Origin: an uncultured Methanosarcinaceae archaeon
GTDB taxonomy: Archaea; Halobacteriota; Methanosarcinia; Methanosarcinales; Methanosarcinaceae
Direction of reading: 5' to 3'
Assembly (NCBI GenBank): GCA_963727895.1
Contig: CAVSHT010000012.1
Coordinates: forward strand, 192,001 to 256,000
DNA length: 64,000 bases
Of this stretch, positions 23,139 through 34,366 are shown one piece after another; the first letter of the stretch is position 1; the number at the start of each line of letters is the position of its first letter. The notes under the pieces were generated by a model. The model saw nothing but the letters and a program-made list of their open reading frames with translations, was not told the DNA's origin and did no database searches. The position numbers were made by a program, and so were the translations under genes.

Positions 23139-23948
23139 GTGAATGCTATGAAAGCCGCTTGCATACAGATGAATATCTCCCTTTGCTCAAAGAAGGAAAA
23201 CCTTGAGCGCGCCTTGTGTCTCGCAGAAGAGGCGGTTTCGAAAGAAGCTGAACTGCTTGCGTTTCCAGAGGTTTTTTCAACTGGTTTTTGTTATGACCGC
23301 ATAGCTGAGGTGGCTGAAAATGCTTCTGGTCCCACCATCGAATCTTTATGTGATTTTTCAAAGGAACATGGATGTATACTTGCAGGCTCAATGATAGAGA
23401 AGAGAAAAAAGGAAACAATTGACTCGAAAAAGTTATCTCCCCCTCAGTTCAACTTGGGTTTTTGCATCGAATCTGGAAAGATAGCTGGTCTCCATCGAAA
23501 AACTCAGCTTTACGGTCTTGAAAAAGAATATTTTGCACTTGGGGATCATATACACCCTATTCGGCTGCAAAAACATGGACTTTCTATAGGTCTCATGGTC
23601 TGTAATGAACTAAGGTATCCTGAAGTTTCCCGAAAACTTGCTCTTGAAGGAGCAGATCTCTTGGTTTCAGCTTCTGACATGCCTGATTTTTACATATATC
23701 CCTGGCACATTATGTCTCTTTCTCGATCTATTGAAAACCAACTGCCACATATTGCCTGTAACAGAGCAGGAAATGATAAATTCTCAACTTATGCAGGCAA
23801 ATCTTTTATTGCCGATGGATGGGGCCGGCTTCTGGTAGAAGCCGGAAAGGAAGAGTGCGTTCTCATTGGGGAAATCGATCTCGAAAAGGCAAAAGAGATC
23901 AAGCAAACTGGTTCTATTCTCGAAGATCGCAGACCTGAAATTTACTAA
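23139..23948 (+). CDS. Carbon-nitrogen hydrolase (nitrilase superfamily)
   Basis: Triad E (FPE), K (HRK), C (VCNELRYPE); DRRPEIY C-terminus; start may be ATG 23148. Confidence 0.9.
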   Translation: MNAMKAACIQMNISLCSKKENLERALCLAEEAVSKEAELLAFPEVFSTGFCYDRIAEVAENASGPTIESLCDFSKEHGCILAGSMIEKRKKETIDSKKLSPPQFNLGFCIESGKIAGLHRKTQLYGLEKEYFALGDHIHPIRLQKHGLSIGLMVCNELRYPEVSRKLALEGADLLVSASDMPDFYIYPWHIMSLSRSIENQLPHIACNRAGNDKFSTYAGKSFIADGWGRLLVEAGKEECVLIGEIDLEKAKEIKQTGSILEDRRPEIY

Positions 23949-24088
23949 TTTTAAATTGAAAATTTATACAAAACTTGGGTAAAGAAACAAATCAAAATCA
24001 GTTAAAATAAGTCCAAGTTATGAAAGAAACTGCATAGTTACAAAAATAAAAAATCAGCTAAAATATAATAAAAAGGAACCCTAATGGG

Positions 24089-25576
24089 TTATCCTTTTAG
24101 TTCTTTAATTATCAGTTCGCGTGCAGTTTTTGCATCTGCTGTGCCCTTCGTCTTTTTCATTACTTGTCCAACAAGGAAGTTCAGAGATTTCTCTGTGCCT
24201 CCAAGATAATCCTGTACTGCAGCCTCATTCTCGGCAATTGTTTCGGCAATTGCTTTAGTTACCAGATCATCTTCGGCTTTGAAAAGATTCTTTTCTTCGA
24301 TAATTTGAGATGCGATCTTTTCTTCCTCGCCATCCAGAATAGTTCTTATGACTTCAACTGCAGCTCTGTCACTGATTTTACCTTCGTCAAAGAGGTTAAC
24401 CAGTTCTACCATATCGGAAATCTTAAAGGAGTTCTCAATTTTCGTGTCTTTTGCATTGATGAAGCCTATTTTGGTTCCGTCATAAGAAGAAATTGCAAGG
24501 TCACGATAATTAGATTCTCCCAAGAAGACGTCAGCCGTCCAGGTAGCTGCAATTTTCGGGTTCACACCTTTTGCACAAACGCCTTCATAGAAGTCAGCAA
24601 GCATAATCTTTGACGTAAGAGACTTTGCATGCATATCTGTAATTCCATACTGCTCTATGAAACGGGTACGTTTTGCATCCGGCAGTTCAGGTAGCGTTTC
24701 CTTAATTTTAGGAATCCAATCGGTAATCCGCATAGGCATAAGGTCAGGTTCACGGAAATAGCGATAATCCTCAGCTTCCTCTTTTGTCCTCATTGAAAGC
24801 GTTACGCATCTGCCTTCATCGTAGTGGCGAGTCTCCTGTAAAATTTTTCCTCCCCTCCTGATTACGTTCTTCTGACGCATAATTTCATAGAGAAGAGCTC
24901 TTTCAACTCCTTTATGCGAGGAAATGTTTTTGACTTCAACACGAGTACCCCAGTGGACTGAAACATTTGCGTCCACACGCATTGCTCCTTCTAGGTTTCC
25001 GTCAAAAACATCCAGATACTCAAGGATATTCCTGAATTTGTCAAGGAATCTTCTTGCTTCTTTGGGGCTGCGCATATCGGGCTCTGTAACAGTCTCAATG
25101 AGAGGCACGCCTGATCTATTATAATCGATAAGGACACCTTTTGACTTCCCTATGCTGCCGATGTGCACAAGTTTTCCGGGATCTTCTTCCATATGAGCTC
25201 TTGTGATCCCCACCATATGTTCTCCATCTTCTCCTTCAATTACGACTTTTCCTTTGCTTACGATTGGGAAATCGTACTGCGTGATCTGGAAACCTTTTGG
25301 AAGATCAGGGTAAAAATAATTCTTTCTGTGGAACTGCGTTTCTTCTGCAATCTCTCCTTCTAGAGCAAGTCCAACTTTAATTGCGGCTTCTACTGTTTTT
25401 TTGTTCAACACCGGAAGTGTTCCAGGAAGGCCCAAACAAATCGGACAGGTATGAGTATTGGGAGCTGAATTGTGATAGTCTGTCGAGCAGCCACAAAACA
25501 TCTTGGTATTAAGTTTGTTAAGCTGAATATGGATTTCAAGCCCAATTCTTACCCCATCAGGATTTTCATAGACCAT
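24089..25576 (-). CDS. gatB: Asp/Glu-tRNA amidotransferase subunit B
   Basis: IGLEIHIQL, RKNYFYPDLPKGFQITQY, VEVKN, NFLVGQVMK. Confidence 0.97.
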   Translation of the reverse strand: MVYENPDGVRIGLEIHIQLNKLNTKMFCGCSTDYHNSAPNTHTCPICLGLPGTLPVLNKKTVEAAIKVGLALEGEIAEETQFHRKNYFYPDLPKGFQITQYDFPIVSKGKVVIEGEDGEHMVGITRAHMEEDPGKLVHIGSIGKSKGVLIDYNRSGVPLIETVTEPDMRSPKEARRFLDKFRNILEYLDVFDGNLEGAMRVDANVSVHWGTRVEVKNISSHKGVERALLYEIMRQKNVIRRGGKILQETRHYDEGRCVTLSMRTKEEAEDYRYFREPDLMPMRITDWIPKIKETLPELPDAKRTRFIEQYGITDMHAKSLTSKIMLADFYEGVCAKGVNPKIAATWTADVFLGESNYRDLAISSYDGTKIGFINAKDTKIENSFKISDMVELVNLFDEGKISDRAAVEVIRTILDGEEEKIASQIIEEKNLFKAEDDLVTKAIAETIAENEAAVQDYLGGTEKSLNFLVGQVMKKTKGTADAKTARELIIKELKG

Positions 25577-27007
25577 TTATGCCACCTCAGGAGGTCTCTT
25601 TGTGTGATAATCAGTATTTTGCTCGAAAGTGTATGCTGCACGCATCACGGCAGTTTCATCAAATGGCTTGCCTATTATCTGAAGTCCTATCGGAAGACCA
25701 TCAGTAAAACCGCAAGGCACGGAAATTGAGGGTACGCCTGCAAGATTTATCGGGCAGGTATTTACATCCGAGAGATAGAGGGTAAGCGGATCTTCGATCT
25801 TTTCTCCTATCTTAAAAGCAGGGTTTGGCATAGTCGGAGCCATAAGCACATCAACTTTTGAGAGAGCATTATCAAAGTCCTGTTTCACAAGGGTTCTGAC
25901 TTTCAGGGCTTTTAAATAATACTTATCATGATACCCTGCTGAAAGAGCATAGGTTCCAAGTAAAATCCTTCTCTTCACTTCTGCCCCAAAACCTTCAGCT
26001 CTTGTCTTTGCAACCATGGCGTGCCAGTTCTCGCCGCTTGCTCTATATCCATAACGTGTTCCATCAAATCTTGCAAGGTTTGAGGATGCTTCACTCATTG
26101 CAATTATATAATAAGAAGCAAGAGCGTATTTTATGTGAGGCATAGAGACTTCTTCCCAGGATGCTCCAAGGTCTTCGTATTTGTGTATGGCATTCCATAC
26201 GGTTTTTTCAACATCTGGATTGATGCCTTCTCCGAAAAACTCTTTCGGAATTCCAATTTTAAGTCCTTTTACATCTTCTACGAGAGCTTTCTGGTATTCG
26301 GTTTTACTATCAATTGAAGTGGAATCTCTGTGGTCGTAATCAGCTATAACATCCATCAGCACTGCAATATCTGTCACATTGTTTGCTAGAGGTCCAATCT
26401 GTTCAAGGGAGTTTGCGTAAGCTACAACCCCGTACCTGGAAACTGCTCCATATGTTGGTTTAAGTCCAACAACTCCGCAGAAAGCTGCAGGGCAGCGTAC
26501 AGACCCCCCTGTATCAGAACCAAGGGAAAAAGGTGCTTCTCCTGCTGCAACGACTGCTGCACTGCCTCCGGAAGATCCACCTGGTACTCTTTCAGGATCC
26601 CAGGGATTTGTAGTTGGTCCAAAATAGCTGGTTTCCGTAGACGAGCCCATTGCAAATTCGTCCATATTGGTTTTTCCAAGAATTATTGCACCTGCATCAA
26701 GGAGTTTTTCGATAACATGTGCATTAAACGGAGGAACATAACCTTCAAGGATCTTTGAACCGCAGCTGTTTTGCATTCCAACTACGGAAATATTGTCCTT
26801 TATAGCAATTGGTACGCCTGCAAGAGGACCATTGTGTCCCTCAGCATCAATCTTTTTTGCCTGCTCAAGGGCTTTTTCAGAGACTTTTATATAACCATTA
26901 ATTTTACTTTTTCTTATAACTTCAAGATATTGAGCTGTTACTTCTTCGGCTGAGCTTTCTTTGATTTTCTCTTTTATCTGTGCAACACTCATCCACTTTG
27001 TCATCAT
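25577..27007 (-). CDS. gatA: Asp/Glu-tRNA amidotransferase subunit A
   Basis: Amidase signature [35 protein letters not shown]. Confidence 0.97.
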   Translation of the reverse strand: MMTKWMSVAQIKEKIKESSAEEVTAQYLEVIRKSKINGYIKVSEKALEQAKKIDAEGHNGPLAGVPIAIKDNISVVGMQNSCGSKILEGYVPPFNAHVIEKLLDAGAIILGKTNMDEFAMGSSTETSYFGPTTNPWDPERVPGGSSGGSAAVVAAGEAPFSLGSDTGGSVRCPAAFCGVVGLKPTYGAVSRYGVVAYANSLEQIGPLANNVTDIAVLMDVIADYDHRDSTSIDSKTEYQKALVEDVKGLKIGIPKEFFGEGINPDVEKTVWNAIHKYEDLGASWEEVSMPHIKYALASYYIIAMSEASSNLARFDGTRYGYRASGENWHAMVAKTRAEGFGAEVKRRILLGTYALSAGYHDKYYLKALKVRTLVKQDFDNALSKVDVLMAPTMPNPAFKIGEKIEDPLTLYLSDVNTCPINLAGVPSISVPCGFTDGLPIGLQIIGKPFDETAVMRAAYTFEQNTDYHTKRPPEVA

Positions 27008-27016
27008 ATATCCTCC

Positions 27017-27298
27017 TCAGCCAATTTTTGGAACCCTGAAGGCTCCATCCTGTTTGTGGTCGGTATTTGCAAGAACAACTTCCTGCGAGAGGCCTTCTTC
27101 TATCTCATCCTCCCTAAACACGTTATAAATCTCAGCCACATGATAAGTGGGAGATACATTTTCGGTAGGCAACTCATCAAGTTGTCCAAAAGACTCCAAA
27201 ACTGAATTAAGTTTTTCCATATATTCGACGGTTTCCTGTTCGCTGATATCAATGCGAGCAAGCCAACCGATGTGTTCTACATCTTCTTTTGTGATCAT
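27017..27298 (-). CDS. gatC: Asp/Glu-tRNA amidotransferase subunit C
   Basis: MITKEDVEHIGWLARI...FRVPKI; first gene of gatCAB. Confidence 0.95.
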   Translation of the reverse strand: MITKEDVEHIGWLARIDISEQETVEYMEKLNSVLESFGQLDELPTENVSPTYHVAEIYNVFREDEIEEGLSQEVVLANTDHKQDGAFRVPKIG

Positions 27299-27870
27299 GA
27301 AAGTTCCTCAAAAATAGAATAATCCTGAATAAAATACCGTTGGTTGCTGCATAATACAAATAGGTTAATGTGATAAATATATATTCTTCGTATTTTTAAA
27401 AGTCAGGAAAAACAGAAGCAGTTTTCAACATCATTTTTGTATCATAATTGTGGAAATTTGTTTATTAACTTTCAAGTTTGACTTTTTATGTTTTAATATA
27501 TTTTGTGCAATATCATATCAAAAAATTTATATATTTTTAATTTCACTCTTAAAAGATAGTAACTGTGTAAATGTAACACTGAGAACTAGGAGGTGTTTTT
27601 TTAACTAAAATCTATATTCTGGAGTAATTGAGATCGAAATATGGTAATATTATAATTTCTCTTTTTCCAGATTGGGTTGAAGTATGATCTCTGTTAAAGC
27701 ATCTTTAATTCGAACTTTTTATGCTGCATTCAATGAGGATTATTCATACATTAAATAAATGAATATTTCGACAGTCTCTATTATAACTTCAAGTTTTGTT
27801 GGTTATAATATAATTAGTTTTTAAAATCTCTTGAAATGATTTTATCATCCTCATATTCACAAAAATTATC

Positions 27871-28085
27871 GGCTTTGCTAATTAACTATAGTTATTTATT
27901 ATGAGAACCTCTATTTCTGCATGGACTGCCCAAGATGTAAGAGTAACACTCACAATCAGAGCATTTGTAGCGTTGACGACCACCAACTATACCATTCTTT
28001 TTGTGACTGGAACTATTGCATCTTGGGCAGTCCATGCAGAAATAGAGGTTCTCATAATAAATAACTATAGTTAATTAGCAATGCC
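27871..28085. mobile_element. Fold-back element made of two convergent IS1 left ends
   Basis: 67-bp inverted arms (27871-27937, 28019-28085; one mismatch) matching the left end of IS1 copy 3; spacer is IS1 InsA 5' sequence in both orientations. Confidence 0.9.
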
Positions 28086-28103
28086 TAATTTTGAGACTTT
28101 TTA

Positions 28104-28379
28104 TTATTTTCTGGTCTTGTATTGATTGCAGTCAATTGCTAGTGAAATTAATGATAAATTTTGGCAATCCCAGAAGATATTAAAAAGTCTCCGAATTTTC
28201 CAATAAAACTCTTTTCTTTTTTTATTAAGATTTCTTTTGAGTCGGATTATACTCTTTTCCAGAGCATCAAATTTCTTTTTGTAATCGGGACTGCAAAAAT
28301 AATAGTTCTTTTTCCAGTAATCCGAAAAATATTCAATATTCTTATATATTATTTTCTTGCAAATAGAATCCGGTGGCAT
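28104..28379 (-). pseudogene. Degenerate YHS/TRASH-domain gene fragment
   Basis: MPPDSIC...YFSDYWKKNYYFCSPDYKKKFD resembles YHS consensus DPxC...YYFCSxxC with the last Cys lost; ends beside the IS1 fold-back. Confidence 0.45.
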
Positions 28380-29035
28380 TAAAAACAAACTTCCTTAAAT
28401 TACATAAAAACTCCAGGACATTCCATAAACAGCGTCACTTCCACATGAATTTGATTTTAATCTATGGGTTTAATCTTTAGCTCGTAAGTTAAAAGTTACT
28501 ATTAAAAAATGTTTATTATACAAATAGTCATATATTTATTTCACTTATCATTTTCTTATTGTATTCTATTGTTAAGGATTTTTTAGATCTTACGTGAAAT
28601 AATTATAAAGCTAAATTCACTATCAACTAAGTTCAAAGAGGTTTACACAAAAAGGGAGATAAACAGTAATGGTCTTCTTGATCTCTTTCTTCTTGATCTC
28701 TTAATTCTTATAAGATAATTATTAAACTGATAAATTAAAAATTGATGAATTACTACTCCATTTAAAGTAATTTAGCAAAAGTTATTATACACTTTGAGGA
28801 ATACCTCTTTTAAACTTTTGATAATCAATTCATGTGATATTTTTGTAAATTTGGAAAAGTACTGCTTTTTCAGAATACTCTGATGTTTAAGTGTTGCCTC
28901 TTACTATTAAACATAAAATTTGTCTAACTCACTAATTGTATTTGAATCTCTTAAATAAGTCAGCATTGCTTAGATTAAACTTGCACAATTTATCCTTAAT
29001 TGCCTTATTCACAGGTTTTTAGGAAGGAATTAAAA

Positions 29036-30469
29036 ATGGCTTTGAAACCCAGAATTACAGAATCACCTCAAATTCGTTTGATTGACCTTAAGTCAAAACC
29101 TTTCTTTATTGTAGCTTCCATAGAAGTTGGAAACACTACAACCAAATGTATCCTTACGGCAATCAGTATGGAGACTGGGAGGACTCATATTATAAATAAG
29201 GTCGTACGGATGACAAGAGATGTCCGTCATCCTAAACCAGAAGAAGTCGTATTTGGGAAAACACTGACTGGTGTGGAACTTACTCGTGAGGCTGTTGCAG
29301 AACTGGTAAGTGGCACCCTGATGGAATCAATGGAAAAAGCAAATCTGGATATTAAAACTGATCTGGACTTTGTAGTTCGTTCCACTGGTGTTGTTGCAGG
29401 ATTTGATTCCCCTGAAGAAGTGGGAGAATTTATTAAAGCTTTGGCAGATGGGTGTCTTATGGCTGGAGTTCCCCCAAAGAATATGACGCCTCCAATGTCA
29501 ATTTCAAATATCCCCAAAAAGTTCCAGAAATACAGTAAATTGGAAAAAGTAATTTTTGATGGAGCTGTAGCCGGAGTACTGCCTCCGATCGGTTCAACTG
29601 GTGTTGAGATTGTTGCAAATGAGATGGAAGGAGAACTTGCGACTGCAGGGATTAAGGAAGCAGCCAAACTTACAGATGTTGATTTCAGAAATCCCTGTAT
29701 TTCAATTGACTTCGGAACAACTCTTGATGGTAGAATTACAAACTCAGACTATCCATATGCAAAAACAGTTGGAAATTTCTGCGGCTATGCAGGAGCTATT
29801 CCTGACGCAATTATCCGTGGCTCGAAGATTGTGGACTCAAAAGTAGGAACAGCTCTTGAAGTTTTTGAAAAACAGAAACCGCCTTCCTTCCTTACTTTAA
29901 AAATGAAGGCGAAAGCAATTGAAGGGTACACAAAGCGTATTTGCGAACTTATTATTATAGAAAAAGTTCCAAAGAATCGAACGAGATATGGAAGCGTGCC
30001 TGTAATTCCAGATGCAGCTGAGCAGATAGGTGTAACACTTATAGGTTGCGATGTAGGAATAAACGGCTCTGATATGGGCAAGCTTAGTGCTATAGGCATG
30101 GAAATCTGTAAAACCCACGGACTTCAGATTGTCTACGCAGTTATTGATGAAGTTATGGCAGACGTGGTTTGCAGGCTTATTAAGGTTGCAAAAGAAGAAG
30201 GTCTTATTTTTGAGGATACAACTATAGGGATCACTGGCAGAGCAGGAATTACAGGAAACAAACCGAAACTGATCCTGAAATGCTTGGAAGAACTGAATAT
30301 TGCTCCAAAAATCGACGAAATAGTAGTTTTCGTCGATGACGGACTTGCCAGAGGTGCAGCTGTAATGGCTCGATGCATGAATTCTCTTGGTTCGCCGCAA
30401 AATCCTCTAGGAGGCAGACGCGGTGGAAAATGTATTCTTGCTCAGAGGATAAAATTACAGGAAAAATGA
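29036..30469 (+). CDS. Methanogenesis marker protein 14
   Basis: VASIEVGNTTTKCILT, FVVRSTGV, ANEMEGEL, IDFGTTLDG, DDGLARGAAVMARCMNSLG; AGGAAGGA SD before ATG 29036. Confidence 0.88.
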   Translation: MALKPRITESPQIRLIDLKSKPFFIVASIEVGNTTTKCILTAISMETGRTHIINKVVRMTRDVRHPKPEEVVFGKTLTGVELTREAVAELVSGTLMESMEKANLDIKTDLDFVVRSTGVVAGFDSPEEVGEFIKALADGCLMAGVPPKNMTPPMSISNIPKKFQKYSKLEKVIFDGAVAGVLPPIGSTGVEIVANEMEGELATAGIKEAAKLTDVDFRNPCISIDFGTTLDGRITNSDYPYAKTVGNFCGYAGAIPDAIIRGSKIVDSKVGTALEVFEKQKPPSFLTLKMKAKAIEGYTKRICELIIIEKVPKNRTRYGSVPVIPDAAEQIGVTLIGCDVGINGSDMGKLSAIGMEICKTHGLQIVYAVIDEVMADVVCRLIKVAKEEGLIFEDTTIGITGRAGITGNKPKLILKCLEELNIAPKIDEIVVFVDDGLARGAAVMARCMNSLGSPQNPLGGRRGGKCILAQRIKLQEK

Positions 30470-30593
30470 TCTATTAAAAACATTAAAAACAACAGTTTAG
30501 GAAACTATTTAAAAACAGAACCCCCAAAAAATATTCAACATTCAATATAAAGTGGAATTTTAATAAGAGGATTTTAAAATGCAGGAAGAGGAA

Positions 30594-30920
30594 CTAACCT
30601 CCTGCTCCTCCACCACCGGCTTTCTCGAGGTCGAATGCCTGCATTGTTTCTCTCTGTTTTCTAAATCTCTCTTCCAGTTCCTCGGAAGTAAATTCCTCAT
30701 CTTCTTTCTTTTCTTTAGCTTTAATTTCAGTTGGTTCAAGAGTCTCCTCTCTGTACCATAGGTCTGTACTTTCGAGCAGAACCCACACTTTTCCGTGCTC
30801 ATCCTTTTTGATTTCAGTTACGAGACTGATTGTATCACTATTTACGTATTTGACAGTATCTCCTACTTTGATAGGTTTTTTATTTCGCCCTATCGCTGTA
30901 ATTGTTTCGGCATCAGCCAT
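30594..30920 (-). CDS. DUF2098-family protein
   Basis: IKVGDTVKYVNSDT, LWY, acidic tail ending GGGAGG; GAGGTGA SD. Confidence 0.75.
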   Translation of the reverse strand: MADAETITAIGRNKKPIKVGDTVKYVNSDTISLVTEIKKDEHGKVWVLLESTDLWYREETLEPTEIKAKEKKEDEEFTSEELEERFRKQRETMQAFDLEKAGGGGAGG

Positions 30921-31125
30921 GCTCTCACCTCGAAGGTTTCCAGAACGCTGGAATTTTAGTCTTATAACTCTCTCTTGTATTTTTACTTCTTACAGTTTTT
31001 GTCCAGGCTCTCTAATAAAGTTTGTGTGGATTATATCTTTTGAGGTCTCTAAGGAAGAGAATTTTTCTCTAGATCCTTATGGTTCAAAAATTTATGAGCT
31101 TTGCATCTATTTGTGCTCTCATTTT

Positions 31126-32085
31126 TTAACAGTGATTAATTTCCGATCTAAGGTCTCCCATCAGTGCAACTCTTTCAGCGTAAGCATTGTGTCTGTGAAT
31201 GCTTTCTTCATTGGTTTGCTTGATGGTAATTACTGCATTATCAGGAAGGTTCTTGAACTCTTTTACTACATTATCTGCCATGGTTCTTACACAATCTTCA
31301 ACAAATTTTGGGTTCTTATGAGCAGTTTCCACAACAACTTTTTCGTCTGAGCGTTTCAATACTTCATATACGCTGGAACTCATAGAATTTTCAATAATTT
31401 TAATAATACTCTCAAGGGAAACATCAAAGTCATGTGCTACCTTTATTGAGATAATGCCCTTTCCACGCTGGTTATGAGTAGCCATAGGAACTTTTTCAAG
31501 GAACTTTATTATTGTGTCCTTATCAACTCCAAGATTAGAAAGTTCAGTTGCAGCTTTATCTCTCATAATCTCTTGAGCACAGGGACAGGCTGTCATTCCT
31601 ACAACTTCAGCACCTATTAGTTTCTTTACATCGAAATAGTCATTATTGCCCTGTCCTCTTACAGCAGAGGCTTCAGCAAAAATATTCACTACTTCCTGAC
31701 ATTTGATCCCGGTGGCAGGGGACGCACGCCTGATCATATATTCGCTTGTCATCCTAACTTCTGCCTGGTTGGCGTATTCATGTCTGCCAAGCAAGTTGTG
31801 TGCGATATCACTGCAAAGCTGCTCAATTTCATATACGGGTGTACTAAGTATTTTTTCCAGAACCTCATCTACAGCTTCAAAGTTCCGTGAGAGATTTGCT
31901 CCCTTTCGATCTGAAGGCAAGTCAACAAAAACATCAAAAGTTGATATCAGTACGATAGGACGTTTGTCTTTTCGCTTGATTTCAACAAGTTTTTTCACAT
32001 TTGTTACCCCAACACGAGTAAGGTTTATAGCTATGTTTGGTTTGCTGGCTTGGACGTCCGGGAGGTTGAAAGTGCAATGTTCCAT
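31126..32085 (-). CDS. mptA: GTP cyclohydrolase MptA (methanopterin pathway)
   Basis: [46 protein letters not shown]. Confidence 0.95.
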   Translation of the reverse strand: MEHCTFNLPDVQASKPNIAINLTRVGVTNVKKLVEIKRKDKRPIVLISTFDVFVDLPSDRKGANLSRNFEAVDEVLEKILSTPVYEIEQLCSDIAHNLLGRHEYANQAEVRMTSEYMIRRASPATGIKCQEVVNIFAEASAVRGQGNNDYFDVKKLIGAEVVGMTACPCAQEIMRDKAATELSNLGVDKDTIIKFLEKVPMATHNQRGKGIISIKVAHDFDVSLESIIKIIENSMSSSVYEVLKRSDEKVVVETAHKNPKFVEDCVRTMADNVVKEFKNLPDNAVITIKQTNEESIHRHNAYAERVALMGDLRSEINHC

Positions 32086-32490
32086 AATTAACCAGATCCA
32101 TAAAAAGATGAATGTTCTATTTTATAAAATGAAACTTGATTAATAAACAATTTTATTCCATGTGGAAAAATATAATGGTCATAAGGAGTTATAGCATGTA
32201 AAGTTTGTGCTTTCCATGTTCTTTTTCCAAAATTACAACAAAACTTAAATTTCAAAATTACCCAAAATCCATTTCCTGAAATTTATTTTGGACTCTATTT
32301 TTAAAAAGACATAATTATTTAAATATTTTCTTACTTTTCCAACAGCATGGAAAAATTTTGTTTTATATCCTACTTTAAAATTGAGGCTAATTTTGCATAA
32401 ACCAACAACTAAAGGCAACATTCTGAAGAAAGATTTTATATACTTTAAAACGTAATCAGTGTCTAGCAATACATTTGCGAGGTGACCTTT

Positions 32491-32775
32491 ATGTCCAACA
32501 CAAGAAATTTTGTTTTACGAGACGAAGAAGGTAATGAGCACGGAGTTTTCACTGGAAAACAGCCTCGGCAGGCTGCTCTTAAAGCTGCAAACCGGGGTAC
32601 CGGGACTAAATCCAAGCCGGATATCATCCGCCTCAGAGAACGCGGGACAAAGAAGGTGCACGTTTTCAAGGCATGGAAAGAACTCGTCGAAGCCCCTAAA
32701 AACAGACCTGGCTGGATGCCTGAACAAATCAGCAAGCCCTTTGTAAAGAAAGAAAAAATAGAAAAAATCGAATAA
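32491..32775 (+). CDS. Non-histone chromosomal protein MC1
   Basis: MSNTRNFVLRD...FTGKQPRQAALKAANRG...LRERGTKKVHVF; GAGGTGA SD. Confidence 0.97.
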   Translation: MSNTRNFVLRDEEGNEHGVFTGKQPRQAALKAANRGTGTKSKPDIIRLRERGTKKVHVFKAWKELVEAPKNRPGWMPEQISKPFVKKEKIEKIE

Positions 32776-33007
32776 ACTTGATAAACCTAATTTATCTCAC
32801 ATGCCCTGAAAATTGGGTTTCTTCTTTTTCTTTAATATCAATATGCAGAATTAGCCTGGATTGATCTTTAGTTTTTAATGCTATCCAGGCTGACTTATTT
32901 TCCAATTCTTTTCGGAAATTAATAATACTTTTACTTTTGAATGATTGATCTAACTTTTATCAGACTTTAACGATAGGTTTAAAAATAGATTTTCTGATTC
33001 CTACATC

Positions 33008-33913
33008 ATGGAACTGAAGAGAGAGAACGTGCTTATTGAAGCCCTGCCTTATATGCAGGAGTTCTATGACTCAATCATGGTTATAAAAGTGGGCGGAAAT
33101 GCAATGGTAAGCGCCCAGATCATGGAAGATATTATAAAAGACATTGTACTTCTGCGCTATGTGGGGATTAAGCCCGTTATTGTACATGGGGGCGGGCCTG
33201 AGATTACAGAGAAAATGGAGCGTATGGGTAAGAAAGCTGAATTTTTCCAGGGATTACGTATTACAGACGATGAGACAATGGAGATTGCCAGAATGGTGCT
33301 TGTCGGCAATATCAATACCAAAATTGTATCTCTTATCGGGGTTTGTGGAGGAAAAGGTATTGGGCTTACTGGTTACGATGGAAGAATGATCCTTGGTCAT
33401 AAACAGGCTGCAAAGAAAGTAGTAGTTAATGGTATTGAGACTGAAGTTGATATTGGATGGGTTGGAGAGTGTGAGGTAATTAATCCTGATATTCTCCACA
33501 TAGTTCTTGAAAGAGGATATATTCCTGTCATTTCTCCTATTGCTGTAGATGCTAAAGGCAATGCCCTGAATATTAATGCCGATACAGTGGCAGGCGATAT
33601 TGCTGCAGCTTTGCATGCTAAAAAGCTTATTCTGATGACCGATGTATCAGGGCTGCTCAGAGATATAAATGATCCTAGTAGCCGCATCTCTCGTGTAACT
33701 CTGGATGATATTGATTCTCTTATCGCTAAAGGCATTATACATGGAGGGATGATCCCAAAACTCAAAGGTGCGGCAGTTGCAGTCAAAAACGGGGTTGAAA
33801 AGGCTCATATAATAAATGGAAGCGTTCCTCATTCCATGCTTCTTGAACTCTTCACTGATCATGGAGTCGGAACCATGGTCTATAGTTTCAAAAAGCCAAA
33901 AGATCAGTTATAA
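33008..33913 (+). CDS. argB: Acetylglutamate kinase
   Basis: VIKVGGNA, VHGGGPEI, GLRITD, NINADT, GGMIPK. Confidence 0.96.
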   Translation: MELKRENVLIEALPYMQEFYDSIMVIKVGGNAMVSAQIMEDIIKDIVLLRYVGIKPVIVHGGGPEITEKMERMGKKAEFFQGLRITDDETMEIARMVLVGNINTKIVSLIGVCGGKGIGLTGYDGRMILGHKQAAKKVVVNGIETEVDIGWVGECEVINPDILHIVLERGYIPVISPIAVDAKGNALNINADTVAGDIAAALHAKKLILMTDVSGLLRDINDPSSRISRVTLDDIDSLIAKGIIHGGMIPKLKGAAVAVKNGVEKAHIINGSVPHSMLLELFTDHGVGTMVYSFKKPKDQL

Positions 33914-33976
33914 ACGACCCCGCAGTTTTATATTATTTCTCTCAATTTTGAGGAATAGATAGGTTAAGAGTTATTC

Positions 33977-34359
33977 ATGAATCTACTTATCCGACCTGTC
34001 AGGTTAAGTGATGCTCAGGACATCAATGAGATGAGAAGGCAAAAAGATGTCAGAGCAGAACCTTTCCCTTCCGACCGAAACAATTGAGTCTACAGAAGGA
34101 TTCCTGAGGTGTCTGGGCAGTGATGACTATGTAATGGTATTCGAACTTGATGGAAAATATTCTTGACCTTACAGATAATTGGCTTATGTTAGTAAGAATC
34201 GAGCTTGATGTTACTGTAGACAATGAAAAAACAATCAGTCTTTACCAATATTTTGGTTTTGAGATTGAGGGAACAAAAAAATATGCAATAATAAAGGATG
34301 GGAAGTATGCCAGTCTCTTTATGATGGCCATGTATAATATTCCCACTCAGTTTAAATAA
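33977..34359 (+). pseudogene. GNAT acetyltransferase remnant (frameshift plus internal deletion)
   Basis: MNLLIRPVRLSDAQDI..., then ...VFELDGK, then ILDLTDNWLMLVRIELDV..DNEK.ISLY..FGFEIEG in different frames; central acetyl-CoA motif missing. Confidence 0.75.
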
Positions 34360-34366
34360 AATATTT

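Noticed and set aside
32156..32167. TTCCATGTGGAA resembling an ORB origin box
   Set aside because: No G-string, no repeated ORB array and no adjacent cdc6/orc1
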